Shown here piece by piece: positions 27,628 to 36,540 of a stretch of 64,000 nucleotides of DNA. The notes beneath the pieces are model-generated. The model was given only the letters and a program-made list of their open reading frames with translations, ran no database searches and was not told the origin of the DNA. The position numbers and the translations under genes are program-made. Origin of the DNA: Myxococcota bacterium (GTDB lineage: Bacteria > Myxococcota_A > UBA796 > CAJQPC01); the NCBI GenBank assembly GCA_036012755.1, contig DASCPX010000147.1, positions 720-64,719 of the forward strand. Direction: 5' to 3'. How positions within the stretch are numbered: position 1 is the stretch's first letter; each line of letters begins with the position of its first letter.

Positions 27628-29021
27628 GGCGTCTCTCCAACGAACTCGTCCTCGTCCTCGCCATGGTCCTCGCCGCGGTCGCCTGGACCTCGCAGCAGTG
27701 GTCTGCCTTCGCCGCGCACGCCCCACAGTGGGGCCACGACCTGGCCTTCTTCAACCAGATCTTCTGGTCCGCCGCCCACGGAGGCCAGTGGGCCTCGCCG
27801 CTGTTGCTGGAGCCCCAGGGCTTCTTCGAGATGGTGCACTTCCACCCGGTCTTCGCGCTGTTGGTGCCGCTCTACTGGCTGTGGCCCGATCCGCGGACGC
27901 TCCAGCTCTTCAACGTGCTGGCGGTCGTCGGAGCGGCCTGGCCCCTGTCCAGGCTGGGCAAGGCGGCCTCCGGGCACGCCGGCTTCGGGCTCTGCGCCGG
28001 GCTGGCCTGGCTCGCGTGGGTCCCGGTCCAGTCGGCTGCGCTGGCCGACTTCCGGCCCATGATCTTCTTCGTTCCGGGCTTCGTCGTGCTGCTCTGGGGG
28101 GCTTGGACCGGCCGCTGGGTGCCCCTGGTCCTGGGGGCCCTGCTCATCTGCATCACCCGCGAGGAGTCCGGCTACCTGCTCGTCTTCTGCGGGCTCGTGC
28201 TGAGCGCCCGGCCGATGGGGCAGGGCACGCGCCGGCAGGGAGCCGTGGTGCTCGGCGTCGGTGTCTGCTGGTTCCTGCTCCTGCTCGCGATCAAGGGCAA
28301 CCTCTTCTTCCACTTCGATCCGCGCACCTACACCGCGGGCGCGACCGCCTCGGTGCCCGAGGAGCTGGTCGGCGCGAGGCTGGGCTACGGGCTCCGGGTC
28401 TTGCTCAGCGGCTACGGGCTCGCCCTGTTGTCACCGATCAGCCTGGTGCTGGCTGGCCCGCCGACGGCCTTCCTCGTCCTCGACTCCTTCCGCGAGTGGC
28501 ACAGCGTGACGGGGCCTTATGTCCACCTTCGCTCGGCTTCCCTGGCTCTGATCGCTTGCGGTGGCACCCTGGGGGCGGCCTGGCTCTGTCGCCGGGATGC
28601 GCGCCTGCCCTGGCTCGTCGGAGCCCTGCTCGTGGTCGCGAACCTCGGGGCCTTCTGGGGGGACCGCCAGCGCCTCCGCGCCATCCACGCCGGCCACGTC
28701 GAGGTGCTCTCCAGCTCCCAGTGGCAGGCCCGCGAGGCCCTCCTTCAGCAGGTCGCGCCCGGGGACGCTGTGGGCACGGACTACACGCTCATCGCGCGGC
28801 TGAGCGGCCGCGAGCTCTTGTGGAACACGATCCACCTCTACATGAAGGGCGAGCAGGCGAGGCACTGGACGGAGCCCTGGCCGATCACGGCGGATGACCT
28901 CGACGTGCTCGTAGTCACCCCCGAAGACCCGGTCCTGCAGCACCTGGGCCCCGAGTGGGAGCGCACCGACGCTGGCGGTGGCTACGAGCTCTGGCAGCAG
29001 CGGAAGCCGTCGTCGCCGTGA
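27624..29021 (+). CDS. DUF2079 family membrane protein (predicted GT-C glycosyltransferase)
   Basis: DLAFFNQIFW, HFHP, DFRP, REE motifs. Confidence 0.82.
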   Translation: MRRLSNELVLVLAMVLAAVAWTSQQWSAFAAHAPQWGHDLAFFNQIFWSAAHGGQWASPLLLEPQGFFEMVHFHPVFALLVPLYWLWPDPRTLQLFNVLAVVGAAWPLSRLGKAASGHAGFGLCAGLAWLAWVPVQSAALADFRPMIFFVPGFVVLLWGAWTGRWVPLVLGALLICITREESGYLLVFCGLVLSARPMGQGTRRQGAVVLGVGVCWFLLLLAIKGNLFFHFDPRTYTAGATASVPEELVGARLGYGLRVLLSGYGLALLSPISLVLAGPPTAFLVLDSFREWHSVTGPYVHLRSASLALIACGGTLGAAWLCRRDARLPWLVGALLVVANLGAFWGDRQRLRAIHAGHVEVLSSSQWQAREALLQQVAPGDAVGTDYTLIARLSGRELLWNTIHLYMKGEQARHWTEPWPITADDLDVLVVTPEDPVLQHLGPEWERTDAGGGYELWQQRKPSSP

Positions 29022-29641
29022 GTGGGTCCGTGCTGTTCGTGGGCGTGGCGTGACATGCAGCCCTGGCCGTAGATCGACAGCCACATCGTCCCACCGCGCA
29101 GCACGCGCATCGTGTCCTTGTACTCGTGGACGTCCGCGACCCACTCGCTGACGTTCCCCTGCATGTCGAGCACTCCGTAGCCAGAGGTGCAGGTGGGGAA
29201 GGACCCGGCGGGTCGCTTGCCGCTGTCGTCGCCGACCTCGACCGCGTCGTTGCAGCGCCCCTCTTCGTAGGTGTCGCCGTAGGGGAACAGCAGGCCCTCG
29301 GGCCCGGCGCATGCCTTGGTCCACTCGTCCTCTCTGCAGAGGCGCTTGCCCGCTGCCTCGCAGAGGGCGTGGGCGTCCTCCCAGCCGACGAAGACCTTCA
29401 CGGCGGCCCCGGCTTCGTTCGGGTACTCCATCGCGTCGATGCAGAAGGCGCCCGTCTCGCGCGTCTTGCGCTGTCGCGGGAGGTTCCACTTCTCGGGCCA
29501 GTCGACCGCGGCTCCGACCTGCTCGCCGGTGGCGCCTGCCTCGAACTCTCCGGCTGGGATGGCGACCATGCCGGCTGGACAGTCCCCCCGCGGTCCGGTC
29601 TCGGGCGGCTCGGTGCGGCAAGCCAGCAGCAGGACGATCAA
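28982..29641 (-). CDS. SUMF1/FGE-sulfatase domain lipoprotein
   Basis: TTGA-coupled start MIVLLLAC; GKRLCREDEWTKAC, DMQGNVSEW, GFRCC. Confidence 0.88.
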   Translation of the reverse strand: MIVLLLACRTEPPETGPRGDCPAGMVAIPAGEFEAGATGEQVGAAVDWPEKWNLPRQRKTRETGAFCIDAMEYPNEAGAAVKVFVGWEDAHALCEAAGKRLCREDEWTKACAGPEGLLFPYGDTYEEGRCNDAVEVGDDSGKRPAGSFPTCTSGYGVLDMQGNVSEWVADVHEYKDTMRVLRGGTMWLSIYGQGCMSRHAHEQHGPTHGDDGFRCCQSS

Positions 29642-30726
29642 GGGATGTGGTCGACCCGGCTGACGATCGTCCCGAGGGGCAGCTCCAGCCTCCAGACGAG
29701 CTCTCCGTCGGGGGTGTACTCGTCGATGCGGCCCAGCTCCGTCCAGCTCACGAGGATGTTTCCACCCGGCAGCAGCTGCGCGTCGCCCAGGAGCGGGAGG
29801 AAGTTCGAGTCCTGCTCGGGGATGCGGAAGCGCTCGGTGTAGATCTTCTCGTCCATGTCGAGGTCGTAGACCACGGCCCGAGAGTGCGGGGGCTCCTTGT
29901 GGTCTCCGTTGTCGAACATGACGATGAGCTCCTCGCTCATCTTGGAGACGTGGGGATGCGACCACGGCATCGTCCGGTCGCCTGCGGTCCAGTCGCTGTA
30001 GTCGCCGCCCATGATCCAGACGATCTCGCCGCTGTCCTTGTCGATGGCGAGGAAGGAGTCCCAGTGGCGGGCCTCCATGACGTAGACGTCCTCGAGCTCC
30101 AGGAGCGAGTTGACGTGCGTCCAGTCCTTCGCGGTCTGGTAGTAGAGGTCGTTGTCGAAGTGGCGGCAAGGGGAGAAGAGCTCGCCTGTCCAGTCGTCGA
30201 AGAAGGAGAACAGGGTCTTGCCTTCCCCCTCCTGGTCTCCGAGGTTCCGGATCACGAGCGCGTCCGCGGCGACGCTCACCATCTCACCCTCCCACTCCAT
30301 CTCGCGGAACTCGGCCTTGACGTAGGCGAGGGTGTCGCCGTTGATCGAGCCTGAGTGATGGCCGTATGGGGCCGCGGTCGTGATCACCTCGCCCGTGGAC
30401 AGTCGGACCGCGATGACGTCTCCCCCAGCGGAGTGCCTGTCCCTGTGATGTTCGTTGTAGACGATCAGGTCGCCGTCTGTGAGCTCGACCCAGCTGGGCA
30501 CTGCTCGCTCGGCCAACTCGCTCGCCCAGGTGATGGTGCCGTCGCGCTCCACGATGACCACCGCCGACTCACCGGTCTGGATGATCCCCGCGATGATGGC
30601 GCCGCCCTCGGACTCGGGCGCGTCGACCTCGACGGATGGGGAGGGGAGCCAGTCGGGGAGCTCTCCCGGCACATACTGGGAGTCGTCGTCGACTTCGGGC
30701 GAGGTACAGGCGAGCAGGAGCAGCAC
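29638..30726 (-). CDS. aryl-sulfate sulfotransferase (ASST-like) lipoprotein
   Basis: MLLLLAC; GHH, DWTHVNSL, HPH, FDNG, GDAQLLPGGN. Confidence 0.82.
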   Translation of the reverse strand: MLLLLACTSPEVDDDSQYVPGELPDWLPSPSVEVDAPESEGGAIIAGIIQTGESAVVIVERDGTITWASELAERAVPSWVELTDGDLIVYNEHHRDRHSAGGDVIAVRLSTGEVITTAAPYGHHSGSINGDTLAYVKAEFREMEWEGEMVSVAADALVIRNLGDQEGEGKTLFSFFDDWTGELFSPCRHFDNDLYYQTAKDWTHVNSLLELEDVYVMEARHWDSFLAIDKDSGEIVWIMGGDYSDWTAGDRTMPWSHPHVSKMSEELIVMFDNGDHKEPPHSRAVVYDLDMDEKIYTERFRIPEQDSNFLPLLGDAQLLPGGNILVSWTELGRIDEYTPDGELVWRLELPLGTIVSRVDHIP

Positions 30727-30749
30727 GCCGTCATGCTAATCCCTCTTCG

Positions 30750-31188
30750 ATGACCCTCGCGCGCTCGTGGCCGGTCTTCCTCGTCGCGCTCGCGCTCTAC
30801 GTCGCGACCTGTTCGACGACCGTCCAGGGCGGGGACGCTGGTGAGTGGATGACGGTGGCCGCCATCGGTGGTGTCGGCCATCCCCCTGGCTACCCCCTCT
30901 GGACCCTGCTCTTGCGCGCGCTGGCCCTCGTCCCGATCGGGACCATCGCCTTCCGTGCTTCGCTGGGATCCGCGCTCCTCGCCGCGCTGGCGGTGGCGCT
31001 CGTACACCGCGCGGTCTGGCGGGTGACCCTCGACGGTCGCGCGGCCTGGCTGGCGGCCCTCGCCTTGATGGTCTCCGCCACCTTCTGGCGCTACGCCACG
31101 GTCGCAGAGGTCTTCGCCGGCGCCGCGGCTACGGGACATGACCTGGGAAGGGCACGTCTGGCTCTCCCTGAGCCCTCAAGAGCGGTAG
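30750..31188 (+). pseudogene. truncated DUF2723 (TMEM260-like GT-C) membrane protein
   Basis: GDAGE...GVGHPPGYPLW and ATVAEVF motifs, then similarity is lost at about 31120; far shorter than the family norm. Confidence 0.75.
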
Positions 31189-31839
31189 CCGCCAGGCCGC
31201 CTCGAGGGCGATCGCGGTGGACATCTTGGAGGCCCCGAGGGTGCGCTCGGTGAAGACGATGGGGACCTCGACGACCGAGGCACCGCCTCGCACGGCTCGC
31301 CAGGTCATCTCGACCTGGAAGGCGTAGCCCTCCGAGCTGACCTCCGCGGCGAGCACCGCGCGGAGGAGCTCCGATCGCCAGGCCTTGAAGCCCCCCGTCA
31401 GATCGCGCTGGGGCAGGCCGAGACAGAGTCTCCCGTAGGTGGATCCGAAGCGGGACAGCAGGCGCCGCCTCAGGGGCCAGTTCCGCGTCCCGCCGCCGGG
31501 CACGTAGCGAGAGCCGAGGACCAGGTCGTGGTCCTCTGCGAGCAGTCGCACGACGTCACCCGGATCGTGTGAGAGGTCGGCGTCCATCTGCACGACGCGC
31601 TCGAAGGGCCGCTCCAGGCACCAGCGGAAGCCCGCGACGTAGGCGCTGGCGAGGCCGAGCTTGCCCTCTCTGCCCAGGACGTCGAGCCCCGGGCGACCGA
31701 GCGCTCGCGCCACCGACGCGGTCCCGTCGGGCGAGTTGTCGTCGACGACGAGGACCGCGACGTCCTCTGGCAGGGCGCGCACGAGGACGCCGATGTTCTC
31801 TGCCTCGTTGAACGTTGGGATCACCACTGCGGTGCGCAT
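31129..31839 (-). CDS. polyprenol monophosphomannose synthase (GT2, Ppm1/Dpm1-like)
   Basis: IPTFNEAEN, VDDNSPDGT, QMDADLSH, GSRYVPGG, GYAFQVE. Confidence 0.92.
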   Translation of the reverse strand: MRTAVVIPTFNEAENIGVLVRALPEDVAVLVVDDNSPDGTASVARALGRPGLDVLGREGKLGLASAYVAGFRWCLERPFERVVQMDADLSHDPGDVVRLLAEDHDLVLGSRYVPGGGTRNWPLRRRLLSRFGSTYGRLCLGLPQRDLTGGFKAWRSELLRAVLAAEVSSEGYAFQVEMTWRAVRGGASVVEVPIVFTERTLGASKMSTAIALEAAWRLPLLRAQGEPDVPFPGHVP

Positions 31840-31858
31840 CGGGGTATCCTTAGCATCG

Positions 31859-32449
31859 GTGCTTCTGGTCCTCCTACTCGCTTGCGGCTCCGACAAAGAC
31901 ATGTCGGAAGCACAGCCTCCGCATGTGTCCCCACCCCAGGTGGCGGATGTGGGGAGTGGGAGCTCTCCAGGGCTGGAGCCGGTCCACCTCGGCAAGGGAG
32001 GCCCTGGTGAGCTGCCGCCGGGGGTCTTGCCCCAGCCGACGATGACCCGCGCCGAGATCGCCGCCGGTGATCACTTCATTGTCCGGGGGGCCTTCGACAG
32101 CCAGTGCGACGGCGCCGTCCGGGTAGATCTCCTGACGGGGTCCTTGGGCTTCCCGATCGCGGTCCTCCAGCTCACCGACGGCGAGAGCGAGTTCGAGGTC
32201 CTCGCACCCACCGGCAACGACGAGATGATGATCACGGCGATCTGCGACATCGATCGTGACGGTCGCCTCAGCCCGAACGACTGGCTCAGCGATCTGGTCC
32301 CCCTGGGCAGCGCGACGGAGGACAGGTCGGACCTGCTGCTGCACTGGATGCCGAACATGGATCCCGGCTCGATGGCTCTGGGCGCCCCGGAGCCACGCTC
32401 AGAGGTGCCGAGCCCGACGCTCGAGCCCCCGGAGCCTGTGCCTCAGTAG
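31859..32449 (+). CDS. hypothetical lipoprotein
   Basis: GTG start MLLVLLLAC; DIDRDGR EF-hand-like loop. Confidence 0.65.
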   Translation: MLLVLLLACGSDKDMSEAQPPHVSPPQVADVGSGSSPGLEPVHLGKGGPGELPPGVLPQPTMTRAEIAAGDHFIVRGAFDSQCDGAVRVDLLTGSLGFPIAVLQLTDGESEFEVLAPTGNDEMMITAICDIDRDGRLSPNDWLSDLVPLGSATEDRSDLLLHWMPNMDPGSMALGAPEPRSEVPSPTLEPPEPVPQ

Positions 32450-32491
32450 GCGTTCGTCGCGCTTGACGTTGGCGTTGCGATCAAAGTCCCC

Positions 32492-33829
32492 CTACTGGCT
32501 CGAACAGAGCCCTTCTCGAACGGTCAGCGCCTCGATCAGGTGGTCGTTGGTGTCGCCCCCGGTCGCGGCGGTGAAGCCGACGTAGGCGTCGAAGGCGAGG
32601 TCGACCCCGACGTCCCCGTCGAACCTGGTCGTGCCGTCGATGACGACGGTCACCACCGATCCGCTGGTCGTGACGCTCATGGAGTGCCAGCCCGTGTCCT
32701 CGATCTCGGGGAGCTCGACATAGAACAGCGTCTCGGTCTGGTCCCCGTCGATGGACATCGCCAGGTGATCCGCCTCTGAGGCGTCGATCTCCGGGTTGTA
32801 GTAGGTGTCGACCTCGATGGACCAGCCGGGGAGGCCGTCGATGCCGTCGATGCAGCCGGCGGAGCTGTCGCCGTAGCCGAGGCCGCAGCCCTCGTTGCCG
32901 AGCAGGGTCACCATCCGGTCCGCGTCCAGTGCGGTGAGGGCGAAGCCGTCCGCGCCGGTGCCGCCGCCGACGAAGAAGTCGAAGGAGATGTCGACCTCGC
33001 CCGCGGACGCGACGTAGTCGGTCATGAAGGCCGCGCCGGTCTGGTAGTGGTCGTTGGGTGTGAGCCGCAAGGCCTCCTCCATGGGGAGCCACCCGGCGGG
33101 GCCGGCGAACTCGAAGCCCGTGCCCTCGCTCCCTTCGGTGGCGAAGCCGCCCTCCTGGCAGATCGCCGCCTCTAGTAGGACCTCGTTGCCGCAGGAGTCG
33201 GTCACGCTCAGCGTCAGGGTGTGCGTGGCGGGGGTGCGCTGCCTCCCGATCCACTTCGCCGAGATGAGGCCGTCGGGCAGGGGAGGGTATGCGTCGACCT
33301 CGCCGTCGAGGTCGGATCTCCAGCGGACCGTCAGATCCTCTGGCGCGTCTGCGTCGTCGGTGACCCACGCCTCCAGGGTGAGGGTCTCGCCGACATCGAC
33401 CACCGCCGAGGCCGCAGGAGAGGTGAGCGAGACCACCGGCGCCTGGTCGCTGGTGGCCGACAGCGGCACACGCACCGCGGTCGTCGGACCCGAGATCGAC
33501 AGCTCGGCCTCGCCAGAAGCAGCCGTCAGCTCCAGCTCGTGGCCCGCGCCCGGCTGGATGAAGAGGGGCAGGTCCACCGCCGGCAGCGTCCAGCCCTCGC
33601 CATCGAGGGCCAGGGTGTCCAGCTCGAGGACGCCGTCGCCGACGTTGGACAAGGTGATCACTTCGATCCGAGTGCCGCAGACGGCGTCGGCGAGCACCTC
33701 GTCGCGATCGAGAGCGAGCTTGCCTTCTGCCTCCCCCCCAGGGGTCGACAGCTCGTCCTCTCCGCTCGGGGCGTCGTCGCCGTACCCGTCCGGGCCGCAG
33801 GCCAGGAGAGCAAGGAGGGGAAGGGACAT
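32492..33829 (-). CDS. lipoprotein with Ig-like domains and C-terminal L-type (legume) lectin domain
   Basis: LLAC lipobox; LRLTP, GADGFA, IEVDTYYN, YVGFTAATGG. Confidence 0.85.
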   Translation of the reverse strand: MSLPLLALLACGPDGYGDDAPSGEDELSTPGGEAEGKLALDRDEVLADAVCGTRIEVITLSNVGDGVLELDTLALDGEGWTLPAVDLPLFIQPGAGHELELTAASGEAELSISGPTTAVRVPLSATSDQAPVVSLTSPAASAVVDVGETLTLEAWVTDDADAPEDLTVRWRSDLDGEVDAYPPLPDGLISAKWIGRQRTPATHTLTLSVTDSCGNEVLLEAAICQEGGFATEGSEGTGFEFAGPAGWLPMEEALRLTPNDHYQTGAAFMTDYVASAGEVDISFDFFVGGGTGADGFALTALDADRMVTLLGNEGCGLGYGDSSAGCIDGIDGLPGWSIEVDTYYNPEIDASEADHLAMSIDGDQTETLFYVELPEIEDTGWHSMSVTTSGSVVTVVIDGTTRFDGDVGVDLAFDAYVGFTAATGGDTNDHLIEALTVREGLCSSQ

Positions 33830-33834
33830 GAAGC

Positions 33835-33880
33835 TAGTACTTGTACTACAGATGATCTTCCGAGTGATCGGAAAATTTTC
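33835..33880. promoter_or_regulatory. clustered inverted repeats in a divergent promoter region
   Basis: TAGTAC-TT-GTACTA, TTCCGA-GTGA-TCGGAA and GAAAATTTTC. Confidence 0.5.
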
Positions 33881-33909
33881 GATAACGCGAGGAAGTTAGT
33901 CCTCGACTC

Positions 33910-34308
33910 ATGAAGTCGGTTCTCCGCGTCGCGCTGTCGTTCTCCTTCCTCTACAGCGGCGTCAGCTACGCCGTCTGCTCCTGTCCAGGAGGCACGGGCT
34001 CGCCGGAGGACCGGCTCGAGACCTATGACAAGGTCTTCGTCGGCGCCAAGACGAAGGGGCGCCCCTGGGGCTGTGGGAGCGAGCGCAGCCACACGACCGT
34101 CTTCCTCGTCACAGAGGTCTTCAAGGGGGTCGAGCTCGGCGAGGAGGTCACGGTGCTCCACGACACCAACACCGATGAGTGCGGGCGCAGGTACGCCAAC
34201 ACGGAGCACCTCGTCTACACCGACGGGGAGACGACTCTCTGCGATCCCGGTGGGGCGGTCTTCGAGAGCGAGGCGGAGATCGAGGACCTGCGGGACCTCG
34301 TCGACTGA
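33910..34308 (+). CDS. small secreted TIMP/NTR-like protein
   Basis: Signal peptide then VCSC, DKVFVG, VTEVFKG, ECG. Confidence 0.65.
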   Translation: MKSVLRVALSFSFLYSGVSYAVCSCPGGTGSPEDRLETYDKVFVGAKTKGRPWGCGSERSHTTVFLVTEVFKGVELGEEVTVLHDTNTDECGRRYANTEHLVYTDGETTLCDPGGAVFESEAEIEDLRDLVD

Positions 34309-34315
34309 AGCCGCT

Positions 34316-35794
34316 ATGGTCGCGGCCTTGCCCAGTCGTCCCAGCATCGTCGCGCTCGTCGGTTCCATCGGTCTCCTCGGGTGGATCACGGTCGGGGCGT
34401 ACTTGTGGCTGGCGATCGAAGAGCTCGGCCTCCCGGACATCGTGCTGTTCTTCTTCGTGGCCGCCGGTGTCGTCGCCGGGACCATCGGCGCACCCTTGAC
34501 GTGGTACCTCGCGCGGCCCTACAGCAAGGTCCAGGACGATCCGAGCCCACAGGTCGTGCGCGACGTCCTGCGCTTTCCGGCGCGCATCTTCGCCCTGACG
34601 ATCTGGCTGTGGCTCCTCCCCTGCCTGGCCTTCCCCATCCTGAGCGTGACCCTCCGCCCGGAGTACCGGGAGGCCAACGTGCAGGTCGTGGTGGCGGGGG
34701 TCACGGCGGCCTTCATCGTCGCCGTCACGACCTACTACGCCTGCCTGCGGGTGGTGCGGAGGTCGGTCGCGCCGGCCCTGCTCCCCGACGGGCGGCTGGA
34801 GCACCTGGAGCCCTTCCGGCCAGGCAAGATATGGTCCCACGTCCTGTTGTTGATCCTGCTGCTGGGGCTCATCTCCCCGGCGACGATCGCCACCCTGGCC
34901 TGGACCGGCCACGCCACGGCGCCGCTCATCACCTACCTGGCGATCGACTACTTCCTGGTCGGGGTCTTCGTCGGTCTCGAGGTCATGGCGGCGATCTCCA
35001 TCCCCATCGGCCACCTCCAGGAGCGCATGGACAAGGTCCGGAGTGGGGATCTCAGCCAGACCGCGACGATCTTCGGGTTGGACTCCCTCGGCATCCTCAC
35101 CTCGCGCTTCAACTCGATGGTCCTTGGCCTCCGCCAGCGCGAGGTCATCCGCGAGACCTTCGGGCGCTACGTGACGCAGCAGATCGCCGAGGAGATCCTC
35201 TCCGGGCGCGTAGAGCTGGGCGGCGAGCGCCGGGAAGCCACCGTGCTCTTCGCCGACATACGCGGCTTCACCCGGATGTCAGAGAACCTCTCTCCCGAAG
35301 AGGTCATCGCCTTCCTCAACGACTACCTTGGCCACATGGTCACCTGCGTGCTGGACAATGGTGGCGTGCTCGACAAGTTCATCGGCGACGCGGTCATGGC
35401 GCTCTTCGGCGTCCCCGTGTCCCGTGGACCCCAGGAGGAGGCCCGCGCCGCGCTGCGCTGCGCGCTGGAGATGAGCCAGCGCCTGGAGGAGATCAACGTC
35501 GCGCGCCTGGCCGAGGGCAAGACCCCGATCGACATAGGCATCGGCGTGCACTCCGGCGAGCTCATCGCCGGGAACATCGGAGCGCCGCAGCGCATGGAGT
35601 ACACGGTCGTCGGTGACACGGTGAACGTCTGCTCGCGCATCGAGGGCCTCACGAAGCGCCTGGGCAAGCGCATCCTCCTGAGCGACGCGACGGCCGAGCT
35701 GGCCGGTGATGGCTTCGAGCTCGAGGAGCTGGACACCCTTCCGGTCAAGGGCCGTCAGCGCCCGGTCCGCCTGTTCACGCTGTTGGCGTCGTGA
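34316..35794 (+). CDS. membrane class III adenylate/guanylate cyclase with HAMP domain
   Basis: TM segments, HAMP, VLFADIRGFT, DKFIGDAVMA, YTVVGDTVNVCSR; alternative start TTG 34328. Confidence 0.92.
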   Translation: MVAALPSRPSIVALVGSIGLLGWITVGAYLWLAIEELGLPDIVLFFFVAAGVVAGTIGAPLTWYLARPYSKVQDDPSPQVVRDVLRFPARIFALTIWLWLLPCLAFPILSVTLRPEYREANVQVVVAGVTAAFIVAVTTYYACLRVVRRSVAPALLPDGRLEHLEPFRPGKIWSHVLLLILLLGLISPATIATLAWTGHATAPLITYLAIDYFLVGVFVGLEVMAAISIPIGHLQERMDKVRSGDLSQTATIFGLDSLGILTSRFNSMVLGLRQREVIRETFGRYVTQQIAEEILSGRVELGGERREATVLFADIRGFTRMSENLSPEEVIAFLNDYLGHMVTCVLDNGGVLDKFIGDAVMALFGVPVSRGPQEEARAALRCALEMSQRLEEINVARLAEGKTPIDIGIGVHSGELIAGNIGAPQRMEYTVVGDTVNVCSRIEGLTKRLGKRILLSDATAELAGDGFELEELDTLPVKGRQRPVRLFTLLAS

Positions 35795-36540
35795 TCCTCG
35801 CTCTCCTCGCCTGCCGCCCCGACCCCGCGCCAGAGGACCTCGAGCAGCTCTGCGGCTACCTCTTCGCCCACCTCGACGACGAGCGGGACCGCGAGATGGA
35901 GGATGGGCTCTCCAACCTCGATGCCTGGCTCATCGAGAAGGGGATCGGACAGGACGGGCTGGAGGTGGATCGGCTGGCCGAGGACAGCGTCGTCGACCTC
36001 GCGGGGGACAAGACCCACACCGCCGGGGGTGCTGTCGGCGCCGCGGTGGACGATCGCATCACCCACCCGGTGCTCGCCATCGCGGAGGTGCTCATCGTCG
36101 CCGATCAGTACGAGGTCTTCGACGGGACCTACGAGGAGTACAGCCGCACCTTCCTGGGCGACGTGGACTGCTTCATGAGCCAGGACTGCGACCGCCTCGA
36201 CGCGGAGAACGACTTCATCGCCAGGTACGGCGGGGTCATCACCGTCGAGAGCGAGATGCACTCGCAGTCCCGCTGGGTGGACCTCGACGGAGAGCTCGCG
36301 TTGATCCAGCGCGGCTGGCTCAGCGGTGAGACGATCGTGAGCATCGATTGGGCCACTGTCGAGGAGCAGTACATCCTCACGGCAGCCCTGCCCCGCGGGG
36401 ACGAGACCCTGCGCATGCAGACCATCTGGATCAAGGCGGTGCTGGGCGAGGACGCCGCGCCCGAGTCTGCTGCGCTGAACGTGATGGTGAACTCGATGTC
36501 GGCGCAGTCCCAGACCATCCAGGACTACCTCGACGAATGA
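35791..36540 (+). CDS. hypothetical lipoprotein
   Basis: GTGA-coupled start MILALLAC. Confidence 0.75.
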   Translation: MILALLACRPDPAPEDLEQLCGYLFAHLDDERDREMEDGLSNLDAWLIEKGIGQDGLEVDRLAEDSVVDLAGDKTHTAGGAVGAAVDDRITHPVLAIAEVLIVADQYEVFDGTYEEYSRTFLGDVDCFMSQDCDRLDAENDFIARYGGVITVESEMHSQSRWVDLDGELALIQRGWLSGETIVSIDWATVEEQYILTAALPRGDETLRMQTIWIKAVLGEDAAPESAALNVMVNSMSAQSQTIQDYLDE

